25,935 nucleotides of DNA from a virus (IMGVR_UViG_3300037420_000838:1-25935); one strand, 5' to 3'; shown: positions 1-9,542, counted from the first letter of the stretch. The notes: a model not told the origin generated them from the letters alone. Numbers and translations: made by a program.

Positions 1-303
1 GGGAAGGATCGTAGCTTGCAATCCATTCGGACTCGCAGCGGCTCCAATCGCTTGAAGACTTACCTGACCCGCCGGCCCTCCGTCGATAACCTGAACGGTG
101 GGGCTGCTTACGAGCTGACGAGACCCGGGGAGAGATCCCCCCATCCCGCTCATCGTTACTACGGGGTCCGTGGGGAGAACGAAATCTCGGGTTACCAGCT
201 TGCGGCTAGCTCCGATTTGAACACACTCCATTTCCTCGTCCCCACTCAGGGGGGTGGCTGCCGGGACGAGAGCCGTAATCTTCTTTGTCGGTAAGAGAGC
301 CAT
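1..303 (-). CDS. Putative tail fibre/tail appendage protein, N-terminal part (runs off the window)
   Basis: Not in the ORF track. ATG at 303 overlaps the upstream TAA (TAATG) and the frame is open to position 1: MALLPTKKITALVPAATPLSGDEEMECVQIGASRKL... The KITxL..A.PLSGxE...VQxGxS pattern resembles phage fibre N-terminal anchor segments. Confidence 0.6.
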   Translation of the reverse strand, partial: MALLPTKKITALVPAATPLSGDEEMECVQIGASRKLVTRDFVLPTDPVVTMSGMGGSLPGSRQLVSSPTVQVIDGGPAGQVSLQAIGAAASPNGLQATILP

Positions 304-632
304 TACGGCAATACCTCGGTGATTCGATAGTCGTCATCATCAGTCAGACGATATTCGTCCCCCTCGGTTAAACGGAATTCACCGTCGTACCTTTCCGGGG
401 GTGGAGTAACTCCCAGGGGAACGTCCGGTCGATAGAACGGAAGAGTGATATCCTCCGACTGGCGAGCTGGAAGTCTCCAGGGATCGAAGACGTCATTATC
501 TTCGTCACAAACTCGAAGACCGGGAGTATTCCGGTCTTCTTTCAACTGCTCGATGGGAAACTTCCTCCGACACCGGTCGCAGATACCGATGCCGACATTC
601 GAGTTACCCCTCGTGTCGAGAAAGACGGGCAT
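303..632 (-). CDS. Conserved phage virion-module protein with CxxC zinc-ribbon-like motif
   Basis: ICDRC...LRVCDED-D..DP...RPD pattern; directly follows the adaptor gene; C-terminal acidic (F/Y)R(L/I)T(E/D) repeats. Confidence 0.65.
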   Translation of the reverse strand: MPVFLDTRGNSNVGIGICDRCRRKFPIEQLKEDRNTPGLRVCDEDNDVFDPWRLPARQSEDITLPFYRPDVPLGVTPPPERYDGEFRLTEGDEYRLTDDDDYRITEVLP

Positions 633-635
633 GGG

Positions 636-1691
636 TCACCTCGTATACGGGGAGATATTAATTCGAAGCTGGACTGAGGATCCGTCACTCTCGCTATCCC
701 ATGCAGTCTTCAGCTGAGAATTCGCTTCGACTTCCAGGGAGGGCATGACTTCGGCTTTCACTTCAGGAATGGCGTAGGCTAGCTGCCGAGCCAGCTCGCA
801 GATAATTGCCAGATACCAGCGCTGAGGAACCTCGATCTCTTGGGTCAGAGTGCCGACATCCTGAATGTACTTCTGAACGCGAACGACGATTTGCTGGAAT
901 GTATATTCCGGCCCGGGAGCTGGCCAGAGTCGGATAATCTGTTCCGTTCTCTGTCGATCGTATTGATACTCGGTCGGGCGACCGTCCGTAGTCTTATTCG
1001 GTTGCGAGTCGTAATCATCCCGGTTGATCAGGGCTAGGGGGATTTCATTCGGGGTGTTAGCCGCGACGAACTCGGCTACCTCGAGAACGGTGGCATTATC
1101 CGCTTTCAGACGACAGAAATTCTTCGGGAAGATGCCATCGACATCCACCCAAACCCACTCCTGATCGATAACGGCCAGCTCGGTAGCCGTATAGACATCC
1201 TCCCAGGTGATTCCATCATCCGAAACTTGAATCGAGAAGTCCCAGACGCCATCCGTATCCGGAAGAATTCCGAAAGTACTCAAACGCGTGGCGCTTTCGT
1301 ACTCGACCTGGATCCAACCGGCCGGAGTGATTTGAAGACAGGCCGTTTCGATATCGCTATCGAACGCGTTGTCGGCGTCCCCCTCGGACGACGTATAAAG
1401 GCCCGTCGGGCGCATTATGGAGCGCAAATTGGCGTCCAGGAGCGTTGCCGTGCCGACCGGCAGGGGTACGTCCTGAACGTAGCCGTAAAGCGGCAGGATT
1501 TCCTTCTGAACCGTCCAGAGGGTAACACCCTTCGAGTTCAACGTCGAAAGAAACAACCAAAGAAGATCTTTCGCCGTCTCGATATATTCGGACGTAATCT
1601 GTTGTGGTGCGATCTTGCATCGTCGAAAGGCGTGGTCGATAACCTTTCGCGTATTGAAGACCGTCGTAGAAACTGTACCAGACGTAGCCAT
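636..1691 (-). CDS. Putative head-tail adaptor protein with an inserted discoidin (F5/8 type C)-like domain
   Basis: N-terminus MATSGT...VIDHAFRRC and C-terminal GRPTEY..DR...LWPAP...EVPQRWYLAI resemble phage adaptor proteins. The middle (NAFDSD...WIQVEY...FSIQVSDDGITW...LEVAEF) is discoidin-like. AGGAG RBS upstream. Confidence 0.65.
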   Translation of the reverse strand: MATSGTVSTTVFNTRKVIDHAFRRCKIAPQQITSEYIETAKDLLWLFLSTLNSKGVTLWTVQKEILPLYGYVQDVPLPVGTATLLDANLRSIMRPTGLYTSSEGDADNAFDSDIETACLQITPAGWIQVEYESATRLSTFGILPDTDGVWDFSIQVSDDGITWEDVYTATELAVIDQEWVWVDVDGIFPKNFCRLKADNATVLEVAEFVAANTPNEIPLALINRDDYDSQPNKTTDGRPTEYQYDRQRTEQIIRLWPAPGPEYTFQQIVVRVQKYIQDVGTLTQEIEVPQRWYLAIICELARQLAYAIPEVKAEVMPSLEVEANSQLKTAWDSESDGSSVQLRINISPYTR

Positions 1692-1759
1692 AAGTCTCCT
1701 ATCTCAGAAAACTTTACAGCCCGCTGGTACAGCAGACTCGAGTGTGTTAGTTAGCCGGC

Positions 1760-1789
1760 ATTATAAACCAGCTAAGTCTTACTTGCCAA
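1760..1789 (-). promoter_or_regulatory. Possible sigma70-type promoter (TTGGCA-18 nt-TATAAT) upstream of the adaptor gene
   Basis: Minus strand -35 TTGGCA at 1789-1784 and perfect -10 TATAAT at 1765-1760, within a 99-nt intergenic gap. Confidence 0.45.
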
Positions 1790-1790
1790 T

Positions 1791-2243
1791 CTACTTGTTG
1801 AAACTACGAAACGTCTCGGCAAGCTGCGCGCGTCGGCGCGTCTTCGGGTTACGGCTGTGAGTCGCCGCTTCGAGTTTCTTTTCCGGGATGTCTTTTCCCT
1901 TCGAAACTCCCAGAGTACGACGCAAAGCACCCGGCTTCTTCACGGCTCCAGCAATCCAATTCTTCGAAGCCTTGCCTCCCTTCGAAAAACTGGACAGGGC
2001 TTCTTTGGCCGGCATCGGGTCACTCACGCCGGCAACGCGACCGCCTTTCGCGAAGTCGCTGAACCCCGGAGCTTCGACAATCCCATCGGTGACGAGACCC
2101 CCGATAGCCTTCCGCTTTGGAGCACGGCGGGTATATCCGGACACAGACTTGACTCCACCGCCGCTCGGACCGAAGCCAGCCTTTGAAGGAAATGCGAAGT
2201 TCCCGTACCGGGGCCCTTTTCCTGTCGACTTAAAACCTTTCAC
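1791..2243 (-). CDS. Basic phage protein (WIxxAxKKPGAL type) with repeated AxGG motifs; possible DNA-associated internal virion protein
   Basis: GTG start with GAGGAG RBS; Lys/Arg-rich; KNWIAGAVKKPGALRRTLGV...IPEKKL...RRAQLAET; motifs KAIGG, FAKGG, FSKGG. Confidence 0.65.
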   Translation of the reverse strand: MKGFKSTGKGPRYGNFAFPSKAGFGPSGGGVKSVSGYTRRAPKRKAIGGLVTDGIVEAPGFSDFAKGGRVAGVSDPMPAKEALSSFSKGGKASKNWIAGAVKKPGALRRTLGVSKGKDIPEKKLEAATHSRNPKTRRRAQLAETFRSFNK

Positions 2244-2253
2244 TTGAATCTCC

Positions 2254-3474
2254 TCAGTTATCGACGCCTAACGGACCGACCACGCCGGTCCCGACTACCC
2301 CGATTCCAACAACCCCCGTACCGCCCCCGACTTGACCGCCGCTAACTACCTGGGTTCCGATAGCTCCCCAGGTTGAATCCGCCGTAGACCAGCATCGAAC
2401 GTCGAATGAGACTACGGATGCAGCGCAATCGAAAGTCGCATCGGGATTCACGTTGATATCCGCGATGGTGCCGCCGACCACGTTCGACATCTCCAGCTGA
2501 TCGCCGGCTGCAATATCGGGAACTGCAGTAATGCGATTGGAAGCTGTGGCATTCGGGACTATGATATCTACCGCGAGCTTTCCCGAAGGAACGACTACCG
2601 TGATAGCTTGATTTCCAAACTGAGTATCGGCATTCGTAACCCGAGCCGTGCCAGCTCCATATTTCAGGTGGGGAGCGCCGCCCCCGTCGAATACCGTATT
2701 ACAGAAGATTTGAGTCGCCGTCTGACCGGCATTTACCGTCTGAGCTTTGGTAGTTGACCCCTGAATGATAGAAACCGTCGCCGAATTGAACCCCGATCCG
2801 TTGATTGGCCAGTTGGATTGGGTGGCAGTGATGATATTATCACCGTCCACGTTAGTGATTGACGGGGCTCCAGCACCGCCTGATGCGATGATCGGGATAC
2901 CAACCGCCCAGAAGTTAGCCGCCGCACCCGCGTTCCAGGTAAATGGCGAATCTTCCGTGACATCGTAAGCCGCGCTGAATGACCGAAACGTACTGACCCA
3001 GTTATCCGCATGCTGGATCTCGATTCCACCCTGGGACGTGTCGAACGTGAACGCAGCGTTCGCCATCATACAGACGGCTTCGTCTACGTCACCCGCGTTA
3101 CCTAATACCGTGATGGACGGTGCGGCCGAATTACCGGTCAGGCCGGTCGGAGTTCGACTTGGAGTCGACTGGTTGACCCCCGACCAGGCTGAGATGTATG
3201 CCAGCAATCGACCCGAGCTGGCGTTCAGGGTGAACCGAGCATCCTGGGTGCTCTGAGCCGGAGCTACCAGCTCATAGCAGCCCAGCCAGTTGCCGAAAGC
3301 GCTTCCAGGAATCAGGGTAAGGCTCTGGGCTCCGAATACCACACTGGAGACCGTGACCGATCCTTCGGCGTATACCCAGATACGCATGTAGTTCGCGCCG
3401 GTGGCGTTGAAATTGCCACCGACGTTAGTAACACCGCCGTTACCAAACCAGGCCGAGTTAACGATTGACGTCAT
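2254..3474 (-). CDS. Putative virion structural/appendage protein (beta-rich, Ig-like segment)
   Basis: Likely start ATG 3474 (ATGA overlap with the upstream stop). Gly/Ala/Thr/Ser-rich; APSITNV...INGSGF resembles an IPT/Ig-like domain; C-terminal GVVG x3. Confidence 0.6.
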   Translation of the reverse strand: MTSIVNSAWFGNGGVTNVGGNFNATGANYMRIWVYAEGSVTVSSVVFGAQSLTLIPGSAFGNWLGCYELVAPAQSTQDARFTLNASSGRLLAYISAWSGVNQSTPSRTPTGLTGNSAAPSITVLGNAGDVDEAVCMMANAAFTFDTSQGGIEIQHADNWVSTFRSFSAAYDVTEDSPFTWNAGAAANFWAVGIPIIASGGAGAPSITNVDGDNIITATQSNWPINGSGFNSATVSIIQGSTTKAQTVNAGQTATQIFCNTVFDGGGAPHLKYGAGTARVTNADTQFGNQAITVVVPSGKLAVDIIVPNATASNRITAVPDIAAGDQLEMSNVVGGTIADINVNPDATFDCAASVVSFDVRCWSTADSTWGAIGTQVVSGGQVGGGTGVVGIGVVGTGVVGPLGVDN

Positions 3475-4490
3475 GGCGGTGTCGTCCCGAATGAAGTACC
3501 TAGCCACCCGTTAAAGTCACGAGCAAGCGTGACATAGGGACCTACATCCATCCAGGCAAGATTCGCCCCGGGGGCTGTATTATACTGCCCCATGCCAATC
3601 TGTTGGATCTCCTGGATATAGCTTCCAAAAGGCACCGTAGCATCCCAATCCCAGGGAATCGCCGATTGGAAAATATCACCATTCTGGCGATACAGACGGA
3701 ACCCGAGAACTCCCCGAGGGAATTCGGCCGAGGCTACGGATTCGGCCCGGTGCTCTACCTCGATCACCTCCCCTGCGGGAATCAACGGATTTCCTTGAAA
3801 GGTTCCCGTATCCGTCGAGTTAGTGAAATAAAAGGGCAGAACGCTGTTCGGGTTGTAATCGAGAGTACCCGGAGGAGTATCGTTGATGCTCCGGTCGTCA
3901 TAAGGCAACGGTCCCCACCCTTGTGTGGTATCCATCGCCGGACCCAATACCCAGGTGAGAGCCCGATTGAGCGCGGGGTTATTCGCGCTATTCATCGCAC
4001 GAATGAACAAGACAGGACGATCATCCGCGTTACCGACTACGAGATTACGCACAGTATGAACTATGCACCACTTCGGGCCAGTACCGAGCATCGAGCACCA
4101 GTTGTTCGAAGCCCTCCACTGGAATCGGTAGTTGAGTTTATGGAAACCCAACGTGGCGTTTTGGTACAAGTTCGAGAAATTCATCCCGCGCTCGTACCCG
4201 TCGATGGTCGGGGGGGTAAAGCGCACGAATGGATTGTTTCCAATCGGCCAGCCATTCGCGTTATAGGTATCCGTCCCCGTACCAGGAATACCCCCTTGAG
4301 TCGCGAAAATCGAATAATCTTGGAAAGCCACGCTCATCGTATAGACCGGAGACGTGAGCAGGTTCAGGTTAGCGAAGCTTCCTACGGTTCCCCAATTGCC
4401 CCCTCCACCACCAGGGGGCACATTGGTTGAATAACGTCGGTTGCCGTAGACCGTAAGATTCCAGGTTTTTGGGACGACGTTCTTGGTCAT
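3471..4490 (-). CDS. Putative virion appendage protein, possibly lectin/polysaccharide-lyase-like beta-sandwich
   Basis: 339 aa; short N-terminal segment, PPGGGGG linker, then an aromatic/Gly/Asn-rich domain; lies in the structural operon. The fold call is weak. Confidence 0.5.
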   Translation of the reverse strand: MTKNVVPKTWNLTVYGNRRYSTNVPPGGGGGNWGTVGSFANLNLLTSPVYTMSVAFQDYSIFATQGGIPGTGTDTYNANGWPIGNNPFVRFTPPTIDGYERGMNFSNLYQNATLGFHKLNYRFQWRASNNWCSMLGTGPKWCIVHTVRNLVVGNADDRPVLFIRAMNSANNPALNRALTWVLGPAMDTTQGWGPLPYDDRSINDTPPGTLDYNPNSVLPFYFTNSTDTGTFQGNPLIPAGEVIEVEHRAESVASAEFPRGVLGFRLYRQNGDIFQSAIPWDWDATVPFGSYIQEIQQIGMGQYNTAPGANLAWMDVGPYVTLARDFNGWLGTSFGTTPP

Positions 4491-4495
4491 GGCGG

Positions 4496-4825
4496 TTAGT
4501 TCCCCGCCTGAACGACTCGCAACTGCACAGAACCGTTACCAGCCGTCTGACGCATCCGAATCGCAGTGACCGGAGAAATCAGGGTAGCGCTGGCGTCGGC
4601 CGTCGCCGCCGACATGTCCGTAACCGGGAACCACAGAGCGGTTGCCGGGTTGAAAGTCGGTGCATACACGTTATCGCTCGTATACTCGACCGTGAAAGTG
4701 GCCGTTCCTGTCACGTCCGCAGCGAGCGTGATTTGAAACGGAGTAATCCGCCAATCGAGTGGACAAACGGGGGTCGATTTCTCGACCCCGCTTGCGTCAC
4801 TCGTGTTAAGAGTGATCGGTCGCAT
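4496..4825 (-). CDS. Putative small virion structural protein
   Basis: GGAG RBS; beta-rich TFTVEYT...W...PVTAIR pattern seen in small proteins downstream of phage capsid genes. Confidence 0.6.
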   Translation of the reverse strand: MRPITLNTSDASGVEKSTPVCPLDWRITPFQITLAADVTGTATFTVEYTSDNVYAPTFNPATALWFPVTDMSAATADASATLISPVTAIRMRQTAGNGSVQLRVVQAGN

Positions 4826-4828
4826 GGA

Positions 4829-5524
4829 TTACCGCTCCTTGGCAACGAAGATCTGGTCCACCAGCATGGTGCGAACCGCCGCAGATGTATTCTGCACGCC
4901 CAGAGTCAAGGTTAAGATTCCGACCGGCAGAGCCGCCGGAGTGATTGATACCGCCGGGGTGTTATTCGCGCCCGCGATGATATTGCCTTGACCGTCGTAA
5001 GCAAAGAATACATCGACGGTGCCGCCCGTATAATCGCCTACGGTTGTTGAAGCAGTTTCCACGCCGGCAGAACGGCTGACCAGCTCCATCCCGGTATTGC
5101 TCGCGCTCTTTCGCAAGAACAGACCATTGGTCGGAGTCAGGAAATTGTTCGCAGCGACCGTGACCTGTAATCCCAGGGCAATCGAGCCGAAGGCTACAGC
5201 GTTGATAGACGCTCGCGCCCGGAAGAACAATTTCTTGCCCGGGGTAATCGACCAAGCAGGCATTGCCGCCTGCAGCCAGTTATTGTCTCCGTTCGCAGCT
5301 GAGTTCGCCATGGACAGAATACCGCCGTCGCCGGCGGCTAGAGCGGGAGCTACGGGAGTACCGACGCCACCAGTGACCCATTGAGCAAGAGTGAACTGAT
5401 CGAAATCTTCCAGAAGCCAGTGATAGATGCTGGGGTCCGGAACTTTGAGGTTCGCGAACCCTTGATTGTCGAAGAAATTCGTGACACCGTTGGGATAACG
5501 GGTGATCAGGTTATCGAGAGGCAT
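4829..5524 (-). CDS. Putative capsid decoration/minor head protein
   Basis: First gene after the MCP; GGAG RBS; TRYPNGVTN N-terminus and EDFD motif followed by a beta-sandwich-like sequence. Confidence 0.55.
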   Translation of the reverse strand: MPLDNLITRYPNGVTNFFDNQGFANLKVPDPSIYHWLLEDFDQFTLAQWVTGGVGTPVAPALAAGDGGILSMANSAANGDNNWLQAAMPAWSITPGKKLFFRARASINAVAFGSIALGLQVTVAANNFLTPTNGLFLRKSASNTGMELVSRSAGVETASTTVGDYTGGTVDVFFAYDGQGNIIAGANNTPAVSITPAALPVGILTLTLGVQNTSAAVRTMLVDQIFVAKER

Positions 5525-5562
5525 TTGAATCTCCAGACGCGGTGTTACCCGCCTCTATTCGT

Positions 5563-5595
5563 AAAGTGACCTCTCCCGGCCGAAACCGGGAGAGG
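5563..5595 (-). terminator. Stem-loop downstream of the major capsid gene (terminator or mRNA-stabilising hairpin)
   Basis: Minus strand CCTCTCCCGG-TTTCGG-CCGGGAGAGG is a 10-bp perfect stem with a UUCG-containing loop, followed only by a weak TCACTTT tail. Confidence 0.6.
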
Positions 5596-5625
5596 CGCGT
5601 AAACGCATCCTTGCAATCGACAGAA

Positions 5626-6540
5626 TCAGAGACCCGGCGTACCGTAGATGATACGAGGATCCGTCCAGCCCGGAATGTAACGCTCCGTCGCCTTGTAGCG
5701 CATGGAATCGGTATCGAAGTCACCTTCCATGCTGCGCTCCAGCTTGCGACGCATCAGCAGCTTCAAACCCTGAGGAGCATCGGTCTCCACCCACCAGGCG
5801 GTGGTTGAAGTGATGCGGCTCATGTTCGCCTGACCGTCCTTCAGCATGTTCATCGAGCGGACGGGGTTCACGTCGTTGTTTGCCGTACCGGCACGCAACA
5901 CGCTCTTGAGCAGAACTTCCGCCTGGAAGATATTGCTCGGACCCGTGACGATGCGCATGGGAGTCAGACGGATGCGCTTGCCGTTGTTGTCGACGGCATT
6001 GCGGATCTGAATCAGCATCTGTTCCAACGAAGTCTGCGACAGAGCCGCAGGAGTCGTCAACAGGTTGCTGAAGGTACCACCGATGATCGGATGGTTGCTG
6101 GCGTTCAGGGACACGCCGTCACCGCCGACGTATGCACCGTTGAAAGCACGGTTCAGGATGTTGGCGGTCAGGGTTTCCTTCGTCTCGATCAGGGACTGTG
6201 CCAAATGCTCGGCATAGGTCGTACCGATCTTGATATGGTCACCGTCCTCGACCAGCACTTTCGTGAGGGCGAAGGCGAGACCGAAAACCTTGTAGACGTA
6301 ACGCTGAATGAACAGCACGCCACCCGACTGATACGTGACGGGCGAACCGTCCGGAAGCTCGGGAGCCGCACCGAAGCCGTACAGCACCGGCTCTTCGTGG
6401 TAGTTTCGGGGAGTTCCGCGTGATTCCTTGAACACGGGCTTCCACTCGTCCGCCCGTTGATCGTAGATACCATCGAACGTCTCATTCAAGATCGGTTCGA
6501 CGATACTGCGGAAGTCTGTACTGCGCATTGGATTTGCCAT
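5626..6540 (-). CDS. Major capsid protein (HK97 fold, Mu gpT-like)
   Basis: 304 aa; AGGAGG RBS; strong C/G-ending codon bias; GDGVSL...HP, EGDFDT..MRYKATERY..GWTDPR..YG.PG signature of this MCP family; position after scaffold and cement genes. Confidence 0.88.
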   Translation of the reverse strand: MANPMRSTDFRSIVEPILNETFDGIYDQRADEWKPVFKESRGTPRNYHEEPVLYGFGAAPELPDGSPVTYQSGGVLFIQRYVYKVFGLAFALTKVLVEDGDHIKIGTTYAEHLAQSLIETKETLTANILNRAFNGAYVGGDGVSLNASNHPIIGGTFSNLLTTPAALSQTSLEQMLIQIRNAVDNNGKRIRLTPMRIVTGPSNIFQAEVLLKSVLRAGTANNDVNPVRSMNMLKDGQANMSRITSTTAWWVETDAPQGLKLLMRRKLERSMEGDFDTDSMRYKATERYIPGWTDPRIIYGTPGL

Positions 6541-6554
6541 GGTGCGCTCCTCCT

Positions 6555-7130
6555 TTACGCGAACGCCGGCCGCGCGGCCAGCAGCTGATGTTGAGCGATC
6601 TGAACCTCGACCACGGTGAATGCATCACCCCAGTCGTTGTCAGGACCCTTGCGGATGCCGATGATCTGCAGCTGGCTGGCCGTATCGACAACCGCGCTGC
6701 TCAGCATCACAGTGGAAAGACCCGTACCGGTATCGCCGGATTGGGCCGTGAAAGATGACATCGCCCCGAGAGCCGTTCGAGGAATAGAACCGTTCGCCTG
6801 AATCTCGTAGGTGATGAACTGGTCCTGCGTGTAATACACGATGGTGCCCGGATCGCCCGCGAGAGCGACGGTGCCGGACGGCCACCAATTGGAAACCGTA
6901 CGACGCCCTTGAGCATTCGTATATTCCACGCCTTGGAAAACACCGACCAGAGTGTTGCCCGCGCCAGCCGTGGCCGGCAGGATATCGCCGGTCGTCGGAT
7001 CGATGCGAACCGGAGCATTCTGGAAGATGTTGACTGCCGTACCTGAGGTGATGGTACCATCCCGGGGGCGAACCTCGCCCGAGGGATGGTACACCGGCCG
7101 CAGGCCGAAAGGTGCACTTACTGAAGACAT
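6555..7130 (-). CDS. Putative head decoration/cement protein
   Basis: APFGLRPV...GVFQGVEY...YEIQ...TGLS pattern; immediately upstream of the MCP; similar codon bias. Confidence 0.65.
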   Translation of the reverse strand: MSSVSAPFGLRPVYHPSGEVRPRDGTITSGTAVNIFQNAPVRIDPTTGDILPATAGAGNTLVGVFQGVEYTNAQGRRTVSNWWPSGTVALAGDPGTIVYYTQDQFITYEIQANGSIPRTALGAMSSFTAQSGDTGTGLSTVMLSSAVVDTASQLQIIGIRKGPDNDWGDAFTVVEVQIAQHQLLAARPAFA

Positions 7131-7169
7131 TTTGAGAAGATCCTCGCGTTGAAAATGTTCCCCGCGACC

Positions 7170-7727
7170 TTACTCCACGTCGGAGAAATCGGGTCTTCGG
7201 GACCGTCCCAACTCGGCGTTTCCGTCATACTCCGTGACTCGGGTCTTTCTGGCCAGCCCCTGCTCAGCGAGGGACTCGTTCGCTAGATCGACCGCGACCC
7301 GCAACTTCCGCTCTTCGTGGAGCGGCTGATCGTGGTGAGCTTCCCGCATATATGCGTTATACAGATGCAGGGGGAGCTTGAAGGCCACCATCTCGTTGAC
7401 TCCGATGCATCCGGCATGGTCCCCAGACGTGAGACGAAGAGTATCGTATCCGGGAACTTCACTGGATTTGATCGGAGTGTACCCCAGGCGCATGCGCCCG
7501 TGGATGGGATCGCGCGGGTTCGTCGTCGTAAGCCAACAGACATGATAACCCGGAATCTTCGGAAGATCGGGAAGCGACGATTGGAAAAATTGCTTCCTGA
7601 ACATGTCAAGACGCTTGGAGTCAGCCAGGCTCCGATTTTTTTTGATCACGCGTTTTTTCGAACCGCGATCAGCACGGGAATCCTCTGAAGCTCTCTTCAG
7701 TCTCGAGTCTTTAATCATTTTAGCCAT
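7170..7727 (-). CDS. Conserved head-module protein of unknown function
   Basis: LP.IPGYHVCWL...R.RLGY.P pattern; between scaffold and cement genes; GGAG RBS. Confidence 0.65.
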   Translation of the reverse strand: MAKMIKDSRLKRASEDSRADRGSKKRVIKKNRSLADSKRLDMFRKQFFQSSLPDLPKIPGYHVCWLTTTNPRDPIHGRMRLGYTPIKSSEVPGYDTLRLTSGDHAGCIGVNEMVAFKLPLHLYNAYMREAHHDQPLHEERKLRVAVDLANESLAEQGLARKTRVTEYDGNAELGRSRRPDFSDVE

Positions 7728-7742
7728 TTGTACTCACTCCTA

Positions 7743-8834
7743 TCAGCGAGCAGACCGACCGGGTTTATTTTCCCGATCCCACTCCGCGTACTTCTTCAAG
7801 TACTTATTACGGAGCACTTTATCATCCCAGACGCCAGCATCGATCATCGCCTGCTTGCGTTCGGGGCTCACGTAGACTTCGTTCTTACGCAACGGCCGTT
7901 CTCGACCGCCGGTGGAGAATCGAGGCCCGGCTTTGCCGTTCCTCTTCGAGCTACGATCCTCGTCCTCGTCCGAATCATCGTCATCATCATCACGACCGCG
8001 ACGACGATCCTCGAATCGGTGAGGAAGTCTACGTCTCACGCGTTCACTGAGTTCGTCCCAATATTCGGCCGAGCGGGGATCATACCCTTCCTCGACCAGG
8101 GAGTTGTCGATTGCCGCGACGACCCGTGAATCCTTATCCGAGCCTTGCGGATCGTACCAGCGATGCTGACGCATCCAGGTTGATGCATGATGAACGAGCT
8201 TCGGATCGACCTGAGGCTCTGACGATTCGCCCTCGGATTTTCTTGACAGGGATTGACGGACGTTGACGAGCTTCGAATGGGTCTCTTTGAGCTTGTCTCG
8301 AATCTTCTCGGCCTCGACTACGTCTTCGCCAGTTCCACTGTCATGAGCCCGAGCTAGAACCTGCTCGGCCACCTTCATCTGAGATTCGATGGAAGTGATT
8401 CTCTGATCGATCGATCCGAGTTCGGTTCGCTCGACTCGAGATCCGATCTCTCGAACTTTTTTCTCGAGTTGTTCGTTCTGTTGACGAAGGAAATTCAGCT
8501 CCAGCTCGTTACGAGCCCTGGCACGGCGTTGACGTTCGCGGCGAGCTTTGCGTGACTCCCGCTTATTCGTCTTCCCATCCTCTTCTTCCTCCTCGTCGTC
8601 TTCTCCATGACCAACTCGCTCGTCTTCCTCGTCGGAATCTCCAGACTCCTCGTCGTCTTCCTCGTCCTTTTCTTTCGCTTTCTTCTTCTTCGAAGCTTTT
8701 GGGGATTCTTCCTCTTCCCCCTCGGATTCTTCGGAGCTTTCCTCTTGCTCCTCCTCTTCCTCTTCGTGTTCCTCATCCTCGAGATCCGGACCTACCGGAA
8801 TCATCGCTTCTTCTGCAGCCTTTTTCTTCGCCAT
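7743..8834 (-). CDS. Putative capsid scaffolding protein
   Basis: Very acidic low-complexity N-terminus, central coiled coil, WMRQHRWY...GYDPRSAEYWDEL motif, helical C-terminal tail; located between portal and MCP. Confidence 0.7.
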   Translation of the reverse strand: MAKKKAAEEAMIPVGPDLEDEEHEEEEEEQEESSEESEGEEEESPKASKKKKAKEKDEEDDEESGDSDEEDERVGHGEDDEEEEEDGKTNKRESRKARRERQRRARARNELELNFLRQQNEQLEKKVREIGSRVERTELGSIDQRITSIESQMKVAEQVLARAHDSGTGEDVVEAEKIRDKLKETHSKLVNVRQSLSRKSEGESSEPQVDPKLVHHASTWMRQHRWYDPQGSDKDSRVVAAIDNSLVEEGYDPRSAEYWDELSERVRRRLPHRFEDRRRGRDDDDDDSDEDEDRSSKRNGKAGPRFSTGGRERPLRKNEVYVSPERKQAMIDAGVWDDKVLRNKYLKKYAEWDRENKPGRSAR

Positions 8835-8866
8835 AAATTCAAACTCCGAATAGTCTGAAGTGATTT

Positions 8867-9328
8867 TTAATAAACGTAGGCTACGATGCTCAACGGATCG
8901 GTAGTCACCCGGCCGATGATGTCCAGGTCCTTGACGATAACGAAGAGTGCCTTATCCTGCGTCCCAGGTACTGGAACCTGCCAGCGATCCCCGCCGTACT
9001 TGCCGACGCGAACGAATTCGCCCGGCTGGCACCATACACCCTCTTTCCAAAGCTCGAGAGTGTCTTGATTGCGGAAAGCTGTGGGTCCCACCGCGATAAC
9101 CTTGGCAACCTGAGTGTTCCAAAGCTCGGTCTCTTGCGATTCCTCGACCAGCAGGATACCGCCGGCCGACATTCGCTTGGGTGTGCGAATCTGAACGAGA
9201 ACGCGATCACCAAACGGCTCGACGCCGGGATCGACCTCAGGGAAGGCTTCGGAGAGCGTCGCATAATCGAAGACTTTACCTTCGGCGCGTTCGCTCGCTT
9301 TCGCCTGTTTGAGTGCCTGACTGCTCAT
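8867..9328 (-). CDS. groES: GroES-like co-chaperonin (Cpn10 family)
   Basis: PFGDRVLV...SAGGILL...KVIAVGP...GEFVRVGKYGG...DIIG matches the Cpn10 signature (PLxDRVLV, mobile-loop GGIxL, VxAVGPG, KYxG, DIL). Confidence 0.85.
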   Translation of the reverse strand: MSSQALKQAKASERAEGKVFDYATLSEAFPEVDPGVEPFGDRVLVQIRTPKRMSAGGILLVEESQETELWNTQVAKVIAVGPTAFRNQDTLELWKEGVWCQPGEFVRVGKYGGDRWQVPVPGTQDKALFVIVKDLDIIGRVTTDPLSIVAYVY

Positions 9329-9500
9329 CTTGTGATATTTCCTCTTCGACGATCTTTTCTGCTATAGCCAAGCCCTGCTGGATTCCGCATAACCGACCGA
9401 GTTCGAAGGCGTCTCTCGTTTGGGGACGAGCCAAACCCTCGACGGCCGCTGAAACTTTCGATTCCTTTACCCGCTTGATGATTCTCTCTACTGCGGCCAT
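9276..9500 (-). CDS. Small conserved phage protein upstream of GroES
   Basis: 74 aa helical ORF with G..QGL..A motif; co-oriented with the operon and overlapping the groES start. Confidence 0.6.
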   Translation of the reverse strand: MAAVERIIKRVKESKVSAAVEGLARPQTRDAFELGRLCGIQQGLAIAEKIVEEEISQDEQSGTQTGESERTRRR

Positions 9501-9542
9501 ATACTATCACTCTCGGTTGTTTCGTGCAAAATGCCTACAGGG

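Noticed and set aside
115-125. CTGACGAGACC, identical to the 3' core of ribozyme 2
   Set aside because: No GGTC-GAAA partner or stems I/III nearby; it is antisense within a coding region.
8560-8790. Low-complexity TCC/TTC repeats
   Set aside because: They encode the Glu/Asp/Lys tracts of the scaffold protein and are not a DNA repeat element.
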